From NCBI GenBank assembly GCA_951406725.2, contig OX597824.1:2666001-2730000 (forward strand): a stretch of 64,000 bases of DNA, in the 5' to 3' direction. Made by a program: the position numbers and the translations under genes. This document shows positions 41,101 to 53,396 of the stretch, piece by piece. The notes under the pieces were generated by a model. It was not told the DNA's origin. It saw nothing but the letters and a program-made list of their open reading frames with translations, and searched no databases. Source of the DNA: Octopus vulgaris (lineage: Eukaryota). How positions within the stretch are numbered: the first letter of the stretch is position 1; every line of letters begins with the position of its first letter.

Positions 41101-42018
41101 GGACAGACAAAGGGATTAGGGGCTAAACACAGAGGGGACAAACAAGGACAGAGAAACGGATTAGGGGCTAAACACAGAGGGGACAAACAAGGACAGACAA
41201 ACGGATTAGGGGCTAAACACAGAGGGGACAAACAAGGACAGACAAAGGGATTAGGGGCTAAACATGGAGGGGACAAACAAGGACAGACAAACGGATTAGG
41301 GGCTAAACATGGAGGGGACAAACAAGGACAGACAAAGGGATTAGGGGCTAAACATGGAGGGGACAAATAAGGACAGACAAAGGGATTAGGGGCTAAACAT
41401 GGAGGGGACAAACAAGGACAGACAAACGGATTAGGGGCTAAACATGGAGGGGACAAACAAGGACAGACAAAGGGATTAGGGGCTAAACATGGAGGGGACA
41501 AACAAGGACAGAGAAACGGATTAGGGGCTAAACATGGAGGGGACAAACAAGGACAGACAAACGGATTAGGGGCTAAACACAGAGGGGACAAACAAGGACA
41601 GACAAACGGATTAGGGGCTAAACATGGAGGGGACAAACAAGGATAGACAAACGGATTAGGGGCTAAACATGGAGGGGACAAACAAGGACAGACAAAGGGA
41701 TTAGGGGCTAAACACGGAGGGGACAAACAAGGACAGACAAAGGGATTAGGGGCTAAACATAGAGGGGACAAACAAGGACAGACAAACGGATTAGGGGCTA
41801 AACATAGAGGGGACAAACAAGGACAGACAAACGGATTAGGGGCTAAACATAGAGGGGACAAACAAGGACAGACAAACGGATTAGGGGCTAAACATAGAGG
41901 TGACAAACAAGGACAGACAAAGGGATTAGGGGCTAAACACAGAGGGGACAAACAAGGACAGACAAAGGGATTAGGGGCTAAACACAGAGGGGACAAACAA
42001 GGACAGAGAAACGGATTA
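35112..42018. repeat. 45-bp minisatellite, ~150 copies, derived from a SINE family B 3' segment
   Basis: Unit ggggctaaacacagaggggacaaacaaggacagacaaagggatta. The array is continuous with the SINE body at 42015-42186 and the SINE tail at about 35092-35115. Confidence 0.97.
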
Positions 42019-42186
42019 AGTCGTTTACATCGACTCCAGTGCGTAACTGGTACTTAATGTATCGACTGCGAAAGGATGAAAGGCAAAGTCGTCCTCGGCG
42101 TAATTTGATCTCAGAACGTAACGGCAGTCGAAATACGGCTACGCATTTCGCCCAGTGTGCTAACCACTCTGCCAGCTCGCCGCCTT
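42015..42186 (-). mobile_element. SINE, family B body, host of the minisatellite
   Basis: The reverse complement begins aaggcggcgagctggcagag..., as in the copy at 54921. Confidence 0.85.
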
Positions 42187-42938
42187 GTTGATATTTATGT
42201 ATGTATTCGGTAATAGGATAGAGTTCTATCTCAAATTTTCCATGGCAGTTTTTTTTTTCTGTAGGCATGACATTGAATGTTGTAGCGACAACATTATGTT
42301 AGATTGAAAGGAAGTACGTTCATGATTTTGGGGCAGATGCTGATCTGATCTGATATCTTCCACAGAAATATGACATAATTTACTTTTTCGGTTGTTTCGA
42401 TTTTTATAGGGAACCGAAAGAGAAGTTATAGAATGTTCGCATTAACGTTCATTGTTCGGTTAATAGATCGATCACGCGAGACTATGGTGGTTTTCTTGTG
42501 ATGTCTGACCGCGTATCCAGGGATTTGGTTTCGAATCCTCAATACAATATTGTCGGAAAACAAGCCATAGTGTTTTTTTTCGTTTTGTTTTGCTTTTTAT
42601 TGTTTTTGTTATTTATGGTTGACATTCGGGTTTTCTTTGGGGTATGTTAGTTCGGTTGCTTTGGGTTGTACTGGAGATCATCAGGAAGTGGATGCTTCCT
42701 GAAGGGTTTACTGCTGACTCCTGGGATATTTCTCTCTTCGTTTTACAGGTCATTGTTTATGTATTTACTTTAACTGTTGTTGTTTAACAGGTTCTATGGG
42801 TTGCGTTGGTAAGTTTTGTAGTTGCAGACCCTAGGATGTAGCCATTATATTTTTGTAGCAGAAATGATGATATATACAAATATTTGTATAAATTTTATTT
42901 ACCACTAAATATGTTTCTCTTATTTTTCCCTCCACCAG

Positions 42939-43216
42939 CTTTCGAATCCCCTTCTCCGAATTTTGGAATCCATCGCTACCAGTTCTTACTGTATCCACAG
43001 AAAGGCAAAACTGTCATGTTAAAATCGAAGCTGGCATTAACTCGACTACTTCGTGTTGCTGAATTTGAAGGCTACAACAAGGTACGACCCGTATTCAGCT
43101 ATCAATATGTTATTGTTGCAGAAAGAGGCATTTCAACAGCTTCTGATTTGCTCAGCCAGAGGAATAGTTCTTTGTTTATGATAATTTTTACATTTTTTGG
43201 CTGGTTACTATCGTAA
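42939..43216 (+). CDS. PEBP-family gene copy 1, terminal exon 4
   Basis: Acceptor ttatttttccctccaccag|, phase 1. (P)FESPSPNFGIHRYQFLLYPQ matches the PEBP 'Y..P.P..G.HRY.FLL..Q' motif. It ends ...GISTASDLLSQRNSSLFMIIFTFFGWLLS*. The spliced product is 209 aa. Confidence 0.88.
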
Positions 43217-43231
43217 ATAATCTACAGAAGA

Positions 43232-43292
<61 letters not shown>

Positions 43293-43849
43293 CATACATA
43301 CATATATATGGCGTATCGTCAGATCCCGGCCGACAGGATTTTAGGATCATGCAATACGCCATAAAGTTAAGCCCTTTATGGACGGGAAACCGAAGGTAAT
43401 CCCATAAACCGGTCTTCCCCATTTTTAATATGTACTGCTCTAAACCTTGGAGTGTGCTTCTACTTTCGGATTAATATTTTTAACAAACGATATATATATA
43501 TATATTTATATATATATATATATTTATATATTTATATATATGAACAATAAAACAAGAAATAAACAATAAAGTGTTATATCTTCTCTTCAATGTTCCTATT
43601 TTCATTCCGTGTTTTCTTTTCACCCGAACAAGTAAAGTGTGTGTAGGCAATGTGTTCTGTTGTTATATATTCTTATATTGCACTCTCTCCTAGTCCTTCT
43701 TTCTCTATACTGAGTCCTGCGCTCCTTTACGTATTTCTCTGCATTTTTTTCCTTCATTCATTTTCATTTAGAAATCCTTTTATTCCAGAGATAATTTATT
43801 ACATAGAAAAATGTGAGCAAGAGAAATGATATCCTTAAGATTACAAACC

Positions 43850-44150
43850 TGGAAAAGTACAGGACAAGTTATTACATCTAATAAAGTTTGGAGCAAGAAA
43901 ACTTTTACTTAAAATATTGCAGCTAAGAATAAAATTTGAAATAAAATATTTAGATTTAGAGAATATTAGCTTTTATTAAAACTAAAAAATATATTACAAG
44001 TTTTTAATTTTATTTATTACATGTTACTTCTATTAATATATTAAAAATAACTCAAAATATTTTTTGCATTAATTAATAATTAGAAATTTGAAAATAGGTT
44101 ATAAAAATTAATAATACGACGTAATTAATTAGTGCAATAAATAGAATACA

Positions 44151-44214
<64 letters not shown>

Positions 44215-44582
44215 CAGTAAAATCTACTGTAACAGCAAATTCACAGTAAAATTTGCCTGAGCGTAAGTTATTTGCCAAGTCTTCACATTCTTGGTCTAAA
44301 CCAAATTCCAATTTTTTTACATAATGAAATTGCCCACCAATTCTTCTACTTTGCATAACGCTTTAGCCATTTTGCTACTCTGGGCTCTCATTTTTTAAAT
44401 ATTCTATTGTGTCAATATTTTATCAAAATGATGGTATCTTTTTTTTTTAATTATAATATTACTTTTGTAAATTAAAATCAAATAATTTTTAATATTCAAA
44501 TTTTATCCTTAGCTGCAATATTTTAAGCAAATATTTTCTTGTACTGCACTTTACCAGATATTATAACTTGTCCGGCACTTTT
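43850..44582. repeat. Old MITE-like element with ~100-bp imperfect terminal inverted repeats
   Basis: aaaagtacaggacaagtta...aaaatattgcagctaagaataaaatttgaa is mirrored by ttcaaattttatccttagctgcaatatttt...taacttgtccggcactttt. Confidence 0.6.
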
Positions 44583-45879
44583 TTTAAAGATTTTACATTA
44601 TTGAAAATTGAATTTGATAAACTTTCAAAGATTAACACTTAGTGATATCATCCATCTGCAATAAATTAATGGCAGAGTATTTTACCATCTTTAAGGTTGC
44701 ACTATGGCTTACCAATCGGTGTTACAAACAGCAAGACCCCAAAACCATCAGTTACCAGGCTTACCTGAATTAACCAAGATTTTGAGTTGGTGATAACAGT
44801 AACGACTACTGCTGATCTAGATCTGTCAATAATGATTCAATACAAATGTAATTATGAAAGATTATAAGATATACAAAAGTGAGAATTACCTACATTCCCG
44901 TAATACAAAAATTGATATATGAAAATCCCTTTCAATTAGTTATGATATTAAATAATAAGTTTAGAATATAACCACTTTACGACAATGCATTTTTTGGACA
45001 AACTTACTAAATGCCTTCAGGTCTGCCAATAGAGACACAGCCAAAAATGACTATATTCTTTCCCCAATAAAATTAGATGTGTATATCTGAAGCATATAAC
45101 ATGAACTAGCCTGATTAAATAATTAAGTAAATAGAAAAAGGAAAGCAAGTAAAAAGAAATTAGCAAAAAAAGCATAAAGCAAATAAGGCTGACAGAGAAA
45201 ATTTTAATAATAAAATTTAAAATTACTTAAGTGAAATATCATGTTAAAAATAACTTTATTAAATATTAAAGTTTTAAAATAAATTGTAGAATATAAGCAC
45301 TTTTGACCAATGCCTTTTCTGAACAGCCTTACTACATGACTTCAGTGCTGCCCATAAGAGACGCAGCCAGAAATGTCTGTAGTCTTTCCAGTGAATTTGG
45401 AATTTTTAGGAAAATAAAGTTAAAATAAAATTATTTTTTATGAAAATTTATTTTCTTGCAATTATTAATAAATTGTTTACCTTTTTATAAGCAAAAAATT
45501 ATCAATTTCATAAAAAGGAACAACAGCTACAATATGATCATCATCTTGAATTCGCAACCAAACTATAACAAATTGCAAGACCCGAAAATCTTCGGTGACC
45601 AGGCTCACCTTAAGTCCCGTGGATCCTGAGTTGATGAAAATGATAATAATTGCTGCTTATTGGAATGAAAAATAAACGTGTTATGTAATAAATTTAATTT
45701 AATTAACAATGGTCAAATACATAATTTATTGAAGCATATAAAGGACTTCATTGCTAATGAATTTGAATTTGAAATTAAAAGTAATATAAAATATAACTTG
45801 AAATTAAGGACTTGTGCGCTGGAACACCTGATGAAACAAGACACCTTTCTTTAGTTTTCTCTGATTATTTGCTCTTGAC

Positions 45880-46170
45880 AGACTTTCGTAATTACCTCAG
45901 CAAGTTTGCATACTACTCTCCATTGATGGTGTGGCCATTTTGAATATAGTCAACCGACACAATGCCCTTTACATCCTCAAAACACTGAGGCCGCTCCTTC
46001 CCTGCTGATGTAACGACTCGAGTCTTTTCTGGTGCAGGTGAGGAGGGGTTGTTTCCACTGCATGGATTGTCGCGTTGTCTCTGGCTCAAAGCGATGAACC
46101 CAACACTTATCCGGACTTATGGAACGTTCGAGGAAGCCAGCTGGAGCTGCCTGAAACAATGTCAGATTTT
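45880..46170 (-). mobile_element. Mariner transposase relic
   Basis: PDKCWVHRFEPETTRQSMQWK corresponds to the mariner 'GDE.WV..Y.PE.KRQS.QW' motif. Confidence 0.7.
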
Positions 46171-46206
46171 GCCGTAATATGAAGACGAACTTTTCAGCCC
46201 ACCCTC

Positions 46207-46208
<2 letters not shown>

Positions 46209-46237
<29 letters not shown>

Positions 46238-46311
46238 TGTATGTATGTATGTATGTATGTATGTATGTATGTATGTATGTATGTATGTATGTATGTATGT
46301 ATGTATGTATG

Positions 46312-46343
<32 letters not shown>

Positions 46344-46682
46344 TGTATGTATGTATGTATGTATGTATGTATGTATGTATGTATGTATGTATGTATGTGT
46401 GTATGTATGTATGTATGTATGTATGTATGTATGTATGTATATGTTGTATGTATGTATGTATGTATGTATGTATGTATGTATGTATGTATGTATGTATGTA
46501 TGTATGTATGTATGTATGTATGTATGTATGTATGTATGTATGTATGTATGTATGTATGTATGTATGTATGTATGTATGTATGTATGTATGTATGTATGTA
46601 TGTATGTATGTATGTATGTATGTATGTATGTATGTATGTATGTATGTATGTATGTATGTATGTATGTATGTGTGTATGTATG
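46209..46682. repeat. (TATG)n microsatellite, ~470 bp
   Basis: Directly visible. Confidence 0.95.
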
Positions 46683-47371
46683 TTGATGAAGATGCTGGAA
46701 GTGAGTGGTAGGGATAATGATGATGCTTATAAGATCGACGACGATAATGACAATTAAAATAAAATATAAATGGCTTGATAGAATATATTCCATTGAGCCA
46801 TTCTTCCTTCACTAGGATAACTCCCTCCAGAGTCAGGCCCTGGGAGAAAAAGTGCCATAACTGTTGCCTTGTGTCATCTGAGAAAAAGAAAAAAAAATGG
46901 AACTAAAAGAGATATCGTCTGAATATTTCTTTTATAACAAGTCTCCTATAATTTTAGCGAAAAAGGAGGTATTTGAAGCCGTGCATTTGATGAGATGGAA
47001 AATAGATTCCCCCGAGGATATCGTTGGATATTCCCAAGGCGTTATCTTTCTTTACAAAACAAACTTTAATATATACGCCATTTGTGAAAGATGGATTTTA
47101 CGAAGAAATACTAAGGGAGGTAAGTTGTATTAATCGTTCAACACAAGTGACGAGTCAATTTTGATTAATATGGCGTAATTTTATTTTTTCCATTTTTTAT
47201 TTTACTGTACATTTAATTACCTGTGAAATTAGTCGAAATAATTGCAAAAAATAATCCTACTTTTCCACGAAAGGGATTTCTGATTTAGTTGGTTCCTTTT
47301 AATTTTCAGTAGTAACAATCTAAACACACACACACACACACACACAAACACCTACCCGCCCACAGACACAG

Positions 47372-47416
<45 letters not shown>

Positions 47417-47434
47417 CGTCGGACTGCTTTCATT

Positions 47435-47523
47435 TTGTGGTCACAACAAACCACAGCATATACCCAAGGCACACAGAGCTGCACTCCGTTGTTCAGTGAA
47501 AGCACTTGGTAAAATAAGACTAT

Positions 47524-47526
<3 letters not shown>
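47435..47526 (+). mobile_element. Extreme 3' end of the same R4/Dong-like family as 20265-20886
   Basis: cacagcatatacccaaggcacacagagctgc...gtgaaagcac...actattgaataataa matches 20800-20890. Confidence 0.8.
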
Positions 47527-47602
<76 letters not shown>

Positions 47603-47614
47603 CAACAACAACAA

Positions 47615-49345
47615 ACATCCAGCGTTAATCTTGGCCAGCAGAATGTCATAAAGGAATTAGACCCAGCGGAGAGCTACACATGCCTAGGGGTGATTGAAGG
47701 GGACGGAATCAGGCATTCAATGATGAGGGAAAGGATCAGAAGAGAATGTTATCGCAGGGTAATGACAATACTCAAGTCAGTGCTGAATGCAAGAAACAAG
47801 GTCGAAGCGATCAATAGTTTAGTCATACCAGTCGTGACTTACAGTTTCAATATCGTTAACTGGGCAATTACTGAAATATGTAATCGTGACAGAAAAATGC
47901 AAAAATTGTTGACTGCATAGAATGCACCACCCTAAGGCAGATATATTAGAAAATTATCTGCCAAGAAAGGAGGGAGGACGTGGAATTTTACAACTGGAAT
48001 TAACAATGAAGGTTGCTACAATTAGCCTATACACCTACCTGAAAAACTCTGAAGACTGCATCTTAAAACTTGTCTCAAAACAGGAAAACTAGAAAGCATC
48101 ATACTCAATAACAAAACAGGCAAAGGAATATGTAAGTGAATTCCAAATACAACAAATTCCAGAACAACACGTACTAGAAACATGCACAGAAATAGCTAAG
48201 CATATGAAAACCAGTGCTAAAACTGCTGCCTTAGATATTCTGAATGATAAATGGCAAGAGAAACCTCTCAATGGCAAATACCCAAAGAGAGCTTATAGTC
48301 CCGATGTTGACAAAGCCCTTTCTCATCAATGGCTAGTGGCTTCTGGCTTAAAATCAGAAACATAAGGATTTATCATAGCAGCCCAAGATCAATGCCTACA
48401 AACAAGAAACTACCAGGCTAACAAATTTAAAGAACGGTAGCTGTCCATCATGTCGTGTATGTCAGCAACAAAATGAAACCATTGAGCATGTTGTCTCCAA
48501 GTGCAGTCTTCTTGCGCCTACAGAGTACCTCAACAGGATGATAGAGCAATACAATGTATTTACTGGGTAATTTGCAAAGCCCTGAACCTGCCCCATGATA
48601 AAAACTGGTGGAAATACAAACCACCTCCAGTGCTTGAAAATGATCACATCTCACACTTCTGGAACTTCACCGTTAAAACTGACAGAAAGATAGATGCGAA
48701 TAGGCCAGACATTATATTGAAAGACTTCAGACAAACGTCACGCTTCCTCATTGATATGACTGTCCCAATCGATATAAACGGATCCGTCAAGACCTACCAA
48801 AAACTGAGCAAATATATAGATCTTGAAATAGAAATCAGCAAAATGTGGAACCTGAATATTAAAACAATACCTGTTGTTATAGGTACCCTAAAAATTATAA
48901 AAGGGCTGATTGCTACCTAGCTCAAATACCAGGAAAAACCCAAGTGGAAGAAAATCAAAAGATAGTGATCATGGAAACTGCCCATATCCTACATAAAATA
49001 CGGTCTATGTAATCTCAAAGTATTGTGCATCGTTAGCGAATGCTCGAAATTCACACAACGCGAATATAAAAGACACCATGACAATGTGGCAAGGATGATC
49101 CATTGGGACTTCTGTAGAAATCCCAGCTTATAAAGAGCAAAGGCATGGTATGAGAAAACTCCAGAAGGAGTCACCGGGAATGAGAATTGCAAATTTCTGT
49201 GGGACGCAATGATTCCAGTGCGATCACCTGACCAAACATCGGAAAAGGAATATTGTTGTGGTGAATAAAAGAAAAGAAAGAACATGTATGATAATCGACA
49301 CAGCATGACCTGTTGACAACAGGATCAATGTGAAAGTGGACAAGT
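47615..49345 (+). mobile_element. Two adjacent degenerate R4/Dong-like LINE fragments
   Basis: Motifs YTCLGVIE, LNARNKVEAINS, RKEGGRG, AAQDQCLQTRNY, CRVC..ETIEHVVSKC and ANRPDII..LIDMTVP..KLSKY. A second RLE fragment begins at about 49020. Confidence 0.85.
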
Positions 49346-49534
49346 GACACTTTCCATCACATCCAACAAAATAAGCTGTGTACAATAATAAAAATAGCAA
49401 CAACAACAATAATAATATACGCATGCATGCGCGTATGCGTATACAAAGAGTGTATGAAAGAAGTATTTGAGGACATTAAATTATTAGTGAATTACACTCC
49501 TCAAATGAATTTGGAGTTTGTTTTTATATATTTT

Positions 49535-49935
49535 AGATCCGTCAGAAGAAATGAGCCTGCAGGTTTCGACAGTAAGCCACCTGACAGAATAACCCTCTTC
49601 CGATTGGCGAGAGGCGGATGTCTAGTCTGGGACAGGATGTGTAGCGACACATTCTGCAGCTCCAACCTTGAGGCATCTGCTGCAAACCCCATTGCCCCGC
49701 CGCCCATATCATGCACAAAAGGAAAGTTATGAAGTACAGAAGTCTGGCCGGCCGCTATTGGTTTGTGCCGGTCGCTGTCGGAACCCCGTCCTGCCGATTT
49801 CCTCCGCAAAATAGGGATAGTGGCGACCCGTCGGAGAAATGAATCCCGCGAGGTGAAGTTACTGAGGTATCGAGTGTTGCTGACCATTCTCTGCGGCAAC
49901 GTCATTGTGGTCATTACCGCGAAGTACGGCTGAGC
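49535..49935 (+). mobile_element. CRE-like non-LTR retrotransposon RLE-domain fragment
   Basis: EPAGFDSKPPDRITLFRLARGGCLVWDRMCSDTF...KVMKYRSLAGRYWFVPVAV...RESREVKLLRYRVLLTILCGN resembles the 'RPDG.T..P...G..LVWD.TC.DT...K..KY...F.P.A.E...R.S....RGN' C-terminus. Confidence 0.6.
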
Positions 49936-50464
49936 ACCGTTGCCACATATCCCAGGAAAATAATCGAAATCCTCACCATAACATCACTGAAGGTCGCCAT
50001 TTCCCATCTGATGTCCGAAATAAATAAGGACCGTTTAATGCAAGTATGTCAACGGTTCTGGGCCCACATAGAAGTTGTCATCAAAACTGAAGACGGATCA
50101 TAGGATAATCTTATGAGAAACATTATCGAGAACCTGTTTGTAGTATTCTTATGTCCAATAATGAAAGAAGAGGAATGTGAAAAAAATGTTTTGTATGTGT
50201 TTCGAACGCTGATCACCGACTCCGGCCACTTTATGAATATGACTTTTGTTTCTCTTAAAGTGTGTAATTGAATCTTTCGCTTTCTTAACTTACTGCTCTG
50301 CGTTTATTCGAACAAATCAACTGGGGACTTACTTTTTAAGGTTGGTACATATTCTCTCACTTTCGCCGAGCTGTATAGGTATGGGGACATAAACAAACCA
50401 ACACAGGGTCACAAATGAAGGTGCGGAGCAAACCCAAACCCAAAACATAATCACACATGCATAC

Positions 50465-50620
50465 GACGCGCTTCATTTAGTTTCCGTCAAACAATCCACT
50501 CATTAAGATCTGTTCACTCCGGGGCTATTACAGAAGACCCTTGTCCAAGAAGCTATGCTGAGGAACTAAACATGGAAACATATGCTTAGGAAGCTATTCT
50601 TCTTGCCACACAGCCACATC
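50465..50620 (-). mobile_element. SINE, family A (degenerate)
   Basis: Similar to the family A motif. Confidence 0.55.
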
Positions 50621-50989
50621 GCAAATAATCTTTTTAAGAAGTAAAACATGTATTCTTGTTTGAAACAAGATAAAGTATAAGCTTGTAATATATTTTCTGC
50701 TGGATTACCATGATCTGAACACAGCTAATTAACTAATAATTTTGACAAAATCTGGTCAGCTAAAACCTTTCCTTTGCGACAGAGTGTATCGTTTCATAGA
50801 CGTGTAAGCGGAGGCGCCTGTTTTTGTTTTGCTTTATTCCTTCGTCTGCAAATTGAATCAGACAAGTTTTCTATGGCGGATTTTTCAGTTTTAATCGTAT
50901 TATAGAATTCTTCATACAACCTCACTTCATACATACTTACATATACATACACATGCATCTTCCCACACATATAAATACACCAATACCAG

Positions 50990-51580
50990 GAACAATTGAG
51001 GGCTCATAGTGGAAAGGATTCGTGATTCGACAGCTGAGAATCGCCGGTTGAAGGCAGTAGGGCTTGCCCACCAGGGTCAACAGATGCAGTAGAAACAGAC
51101 ACGTTCTGTTCTGGAAGGAACCCTGGATCACTGGCCAGAGAACATTCTCCTTCCTCCTTCGTGCTGTAGCTGACTTTTTGCCAACAGCAAATAGCCTTAA
51201 AATAAAGGGTAAATAAATCTTTGTACACTGAACAACATTTTGACAGGATACCCCAAGGCACTGAGAGAAGGTCAATTTAAGTGATGATATGACGTGGCCC
51301 TTGCAGAAATTGTCAAGTCGACTGATCTTCAAAGAATGAAGGCTAATAAACACCACCACCAAAGGGAGGACAGACTCTATATTTCTCACCACGTAAAGAA
51401 AACTTCGTCAACAAGGCCTTTGTCAAGGGATGACATGCGGCCTCATTTCCATTGAAGTCGGCAACCGCAGATTTTCAGCTAAAGCAGTGCACTATGATCT
51501 GCAGAAGATAGGTCTGAAACACAGATAACTAAAGAAAGCCATGAAGGAGACAGTCCCAGAACCTAGAACTAGCTGAAGGT
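50990..51580 (+). mobile_element. Degenerate R2/Hero-like non-LTR fragment
   Basis: Remnants LPTANSLKIKG, CTLNNILTGYPKAL and ISIEVGNRRFSAK resemble the Hero-type zinc knuckle/RLE region. Confidence 0.5.
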
Positions 51581-52117
51581 GACTATCTTCGGTAGGGGAA
51601 AACTAGTTCGGTCCTCGATCACGCACTCGGGCGAAGCGTAAATGCTGAGGGACGAAATGCTTGTGACTCTGTGTGTATGTTTGCATGCATGTATACGCAT
51701 GATAGATATATATCTATAGAGAGAGAGAGGTGCGAGAGAGAGAGTGAGAGATATGTGTATGTATGTGTGTCTGCGTGTGCGTATATTATATATGCGTATT
51801 TGTCTATATGTATTTATGTATATATGTATGTAAGCACTTATATATATAAAGGTACACATGCACACACTTTCGCGTTAGCAAATTTAAAACATTGATGCGT
51901 CATAATCAAACATAAATACAACCACGCGCACACTTAGACAAATGCTCACTTATACAAGCATACCTATAAGGCACGGATGTGTTAGAAACAAGGAGAGAAA
52001 GATCACGTCAAACAGAAGTCTAGTGTTGACAATTTTGAAGATAAATCAAAGTATATTTATTACAGTAAATACGGAAATATTTGCATCTAAACTACAAATA
52101 ATCCATTGACAGAAATA

Positions 52118-52312
52118 ATGTTCTTCTGGCATGTTTTCCGAGTGAAGATCCTACTGCTTTCTTGCATGGTCTTTCACAGTTTGGCATACTATGCGAATTA
52201 CCTGTGCTCCAGAAAGGACCAGCTGATTCTTCTTCCTAAGAATATATACAAAAAATGTAAAGTCGACCTTAGTGTAGCTGATGTAAAGAAACCGCCAACA
52301 GTGAAAGTTCCG
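52118..52312 (+). CDS. PEBP-family gene copy 2, coding exon 1
   Basis: MFFWHVFRVKILLLSCMVFHSLAYYANYLCSRKDQLILLPKNIYKKCKVDLSVADVKKPPTVKVP. Same 195-nt length and CCG|gtaggt donor as copy 1. Confidence 0.85.
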
Positions 52313-53396
52313 GTAGGTTATCTATGAATAATACTAACATTTTGTCTGATTTAGGCCATCAATTTGTGAAAAGAAGATGAGTTGATACCATTGATTGCTT
52401 CTTTATTTTATCGATCTGGAAAGGCTGAAACGCAAAGTTGACCCTGTGTGGGGGATTTGAATGTAAATAGTTGGAAAGCATGTTTCCCGATGCTTTAACA
52501 ATTCTGCTAGTTCCCCGCCAGCAGTTTTAAGATGAGGTTATAAGTAGGTGCCACAAATTCCACTACTTGACAGTTGCTTTCATTCATTTCGACACCCAAG
52601 GGAATGAAAGGCTATGTTAACCCTGGCGGGGTTCCTACTCAAAATCTGAAGAGCCGAAAAAAGATTGCACGAAACATATTTTTACCGATGCTCTAAAAAT
52701 TCTGTCAATGTATAAAAATTTCTGCCATTGGTGACAAGGCCCCAAAATGTTGACAATGAAAATACAATTAACAAAAACAGTAGGAGATTTATTTCGGGTA
52801 AAAAGAGGAGAAATCTACAAAAATGACAAGTGCAAAATGTCAACACGATGAGGTTGCAAGTAAGAAGTAATTCCTCTTGATTAACTCGGAGTATCTTCCA
52901 CGAAACTCTGGGTGACGCGCATCAAATGTTAAGTGCGCACTCGTAGTTTGTTGTCTTTTGTTTAGAGTCGTCAAGTCAAAATGGGTTCATTTCGCCTCAT
53001 CAGACTCGCTGTGTTTATATTTTGTAAAGACAATGGAGGAGAGTGATTTCCTCCTCCCTTCAACTGTGTACTTTAAGAATTTGATGTGGGCATTGTTCGA
53101 GAACATCCTTAACAAAATCCTTTTAACCGCGTCCAACACAACTTTCTTTACCATAGCCACTTAGTAGAAATTGGTTAGTCGCCTTTTCTTGTCAATAGAA
53201 AGCAGTGGGCCGATCTTACCTTATAGACTGGGATGACGGCCGAATCTGTTTTACATGTGATGGCATACATTCGATAGAAACTCACAAATCAGGAAAAACA
53301 GGAATACAGAATGAATAAGTGCTTGATGTTTCTAGGACACGCCCGACATTGCTAAGACTCCAGAATCGGTAGAGCTTGTCCGGAGCAGACGGTGCT

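Noticed and set aside
39774-41996. 740-aa Cys/Pro-rich ORF and neighbouring CLAPNPFVCPCLSPL ORFs
   Set aside because: A 45-bp unit without stops translates openly by default. Frequent 1-bp indels break the frame along the array, and the unit is SINE-derived.
35112-42018. CRISPR-like array or telomere
   Set aside because: There are no unique spacers and no cas genes. TTAGGG occurs only once per 45-bp unit.
45608-45660. AMP-binding (acyl-CoA synthetase) motif in INSGSTGLK
   Set aside because: It is too short and imperfect, and no other adenylation-domain motifs were found nearby. It is kept only as part of a weak finding.
49501-49914. 137-aa minus-strand ORF as a host gene
   Set aside because: The plus strand carries retrotransposon RLE motifs, so this is the antisense shadow frame.
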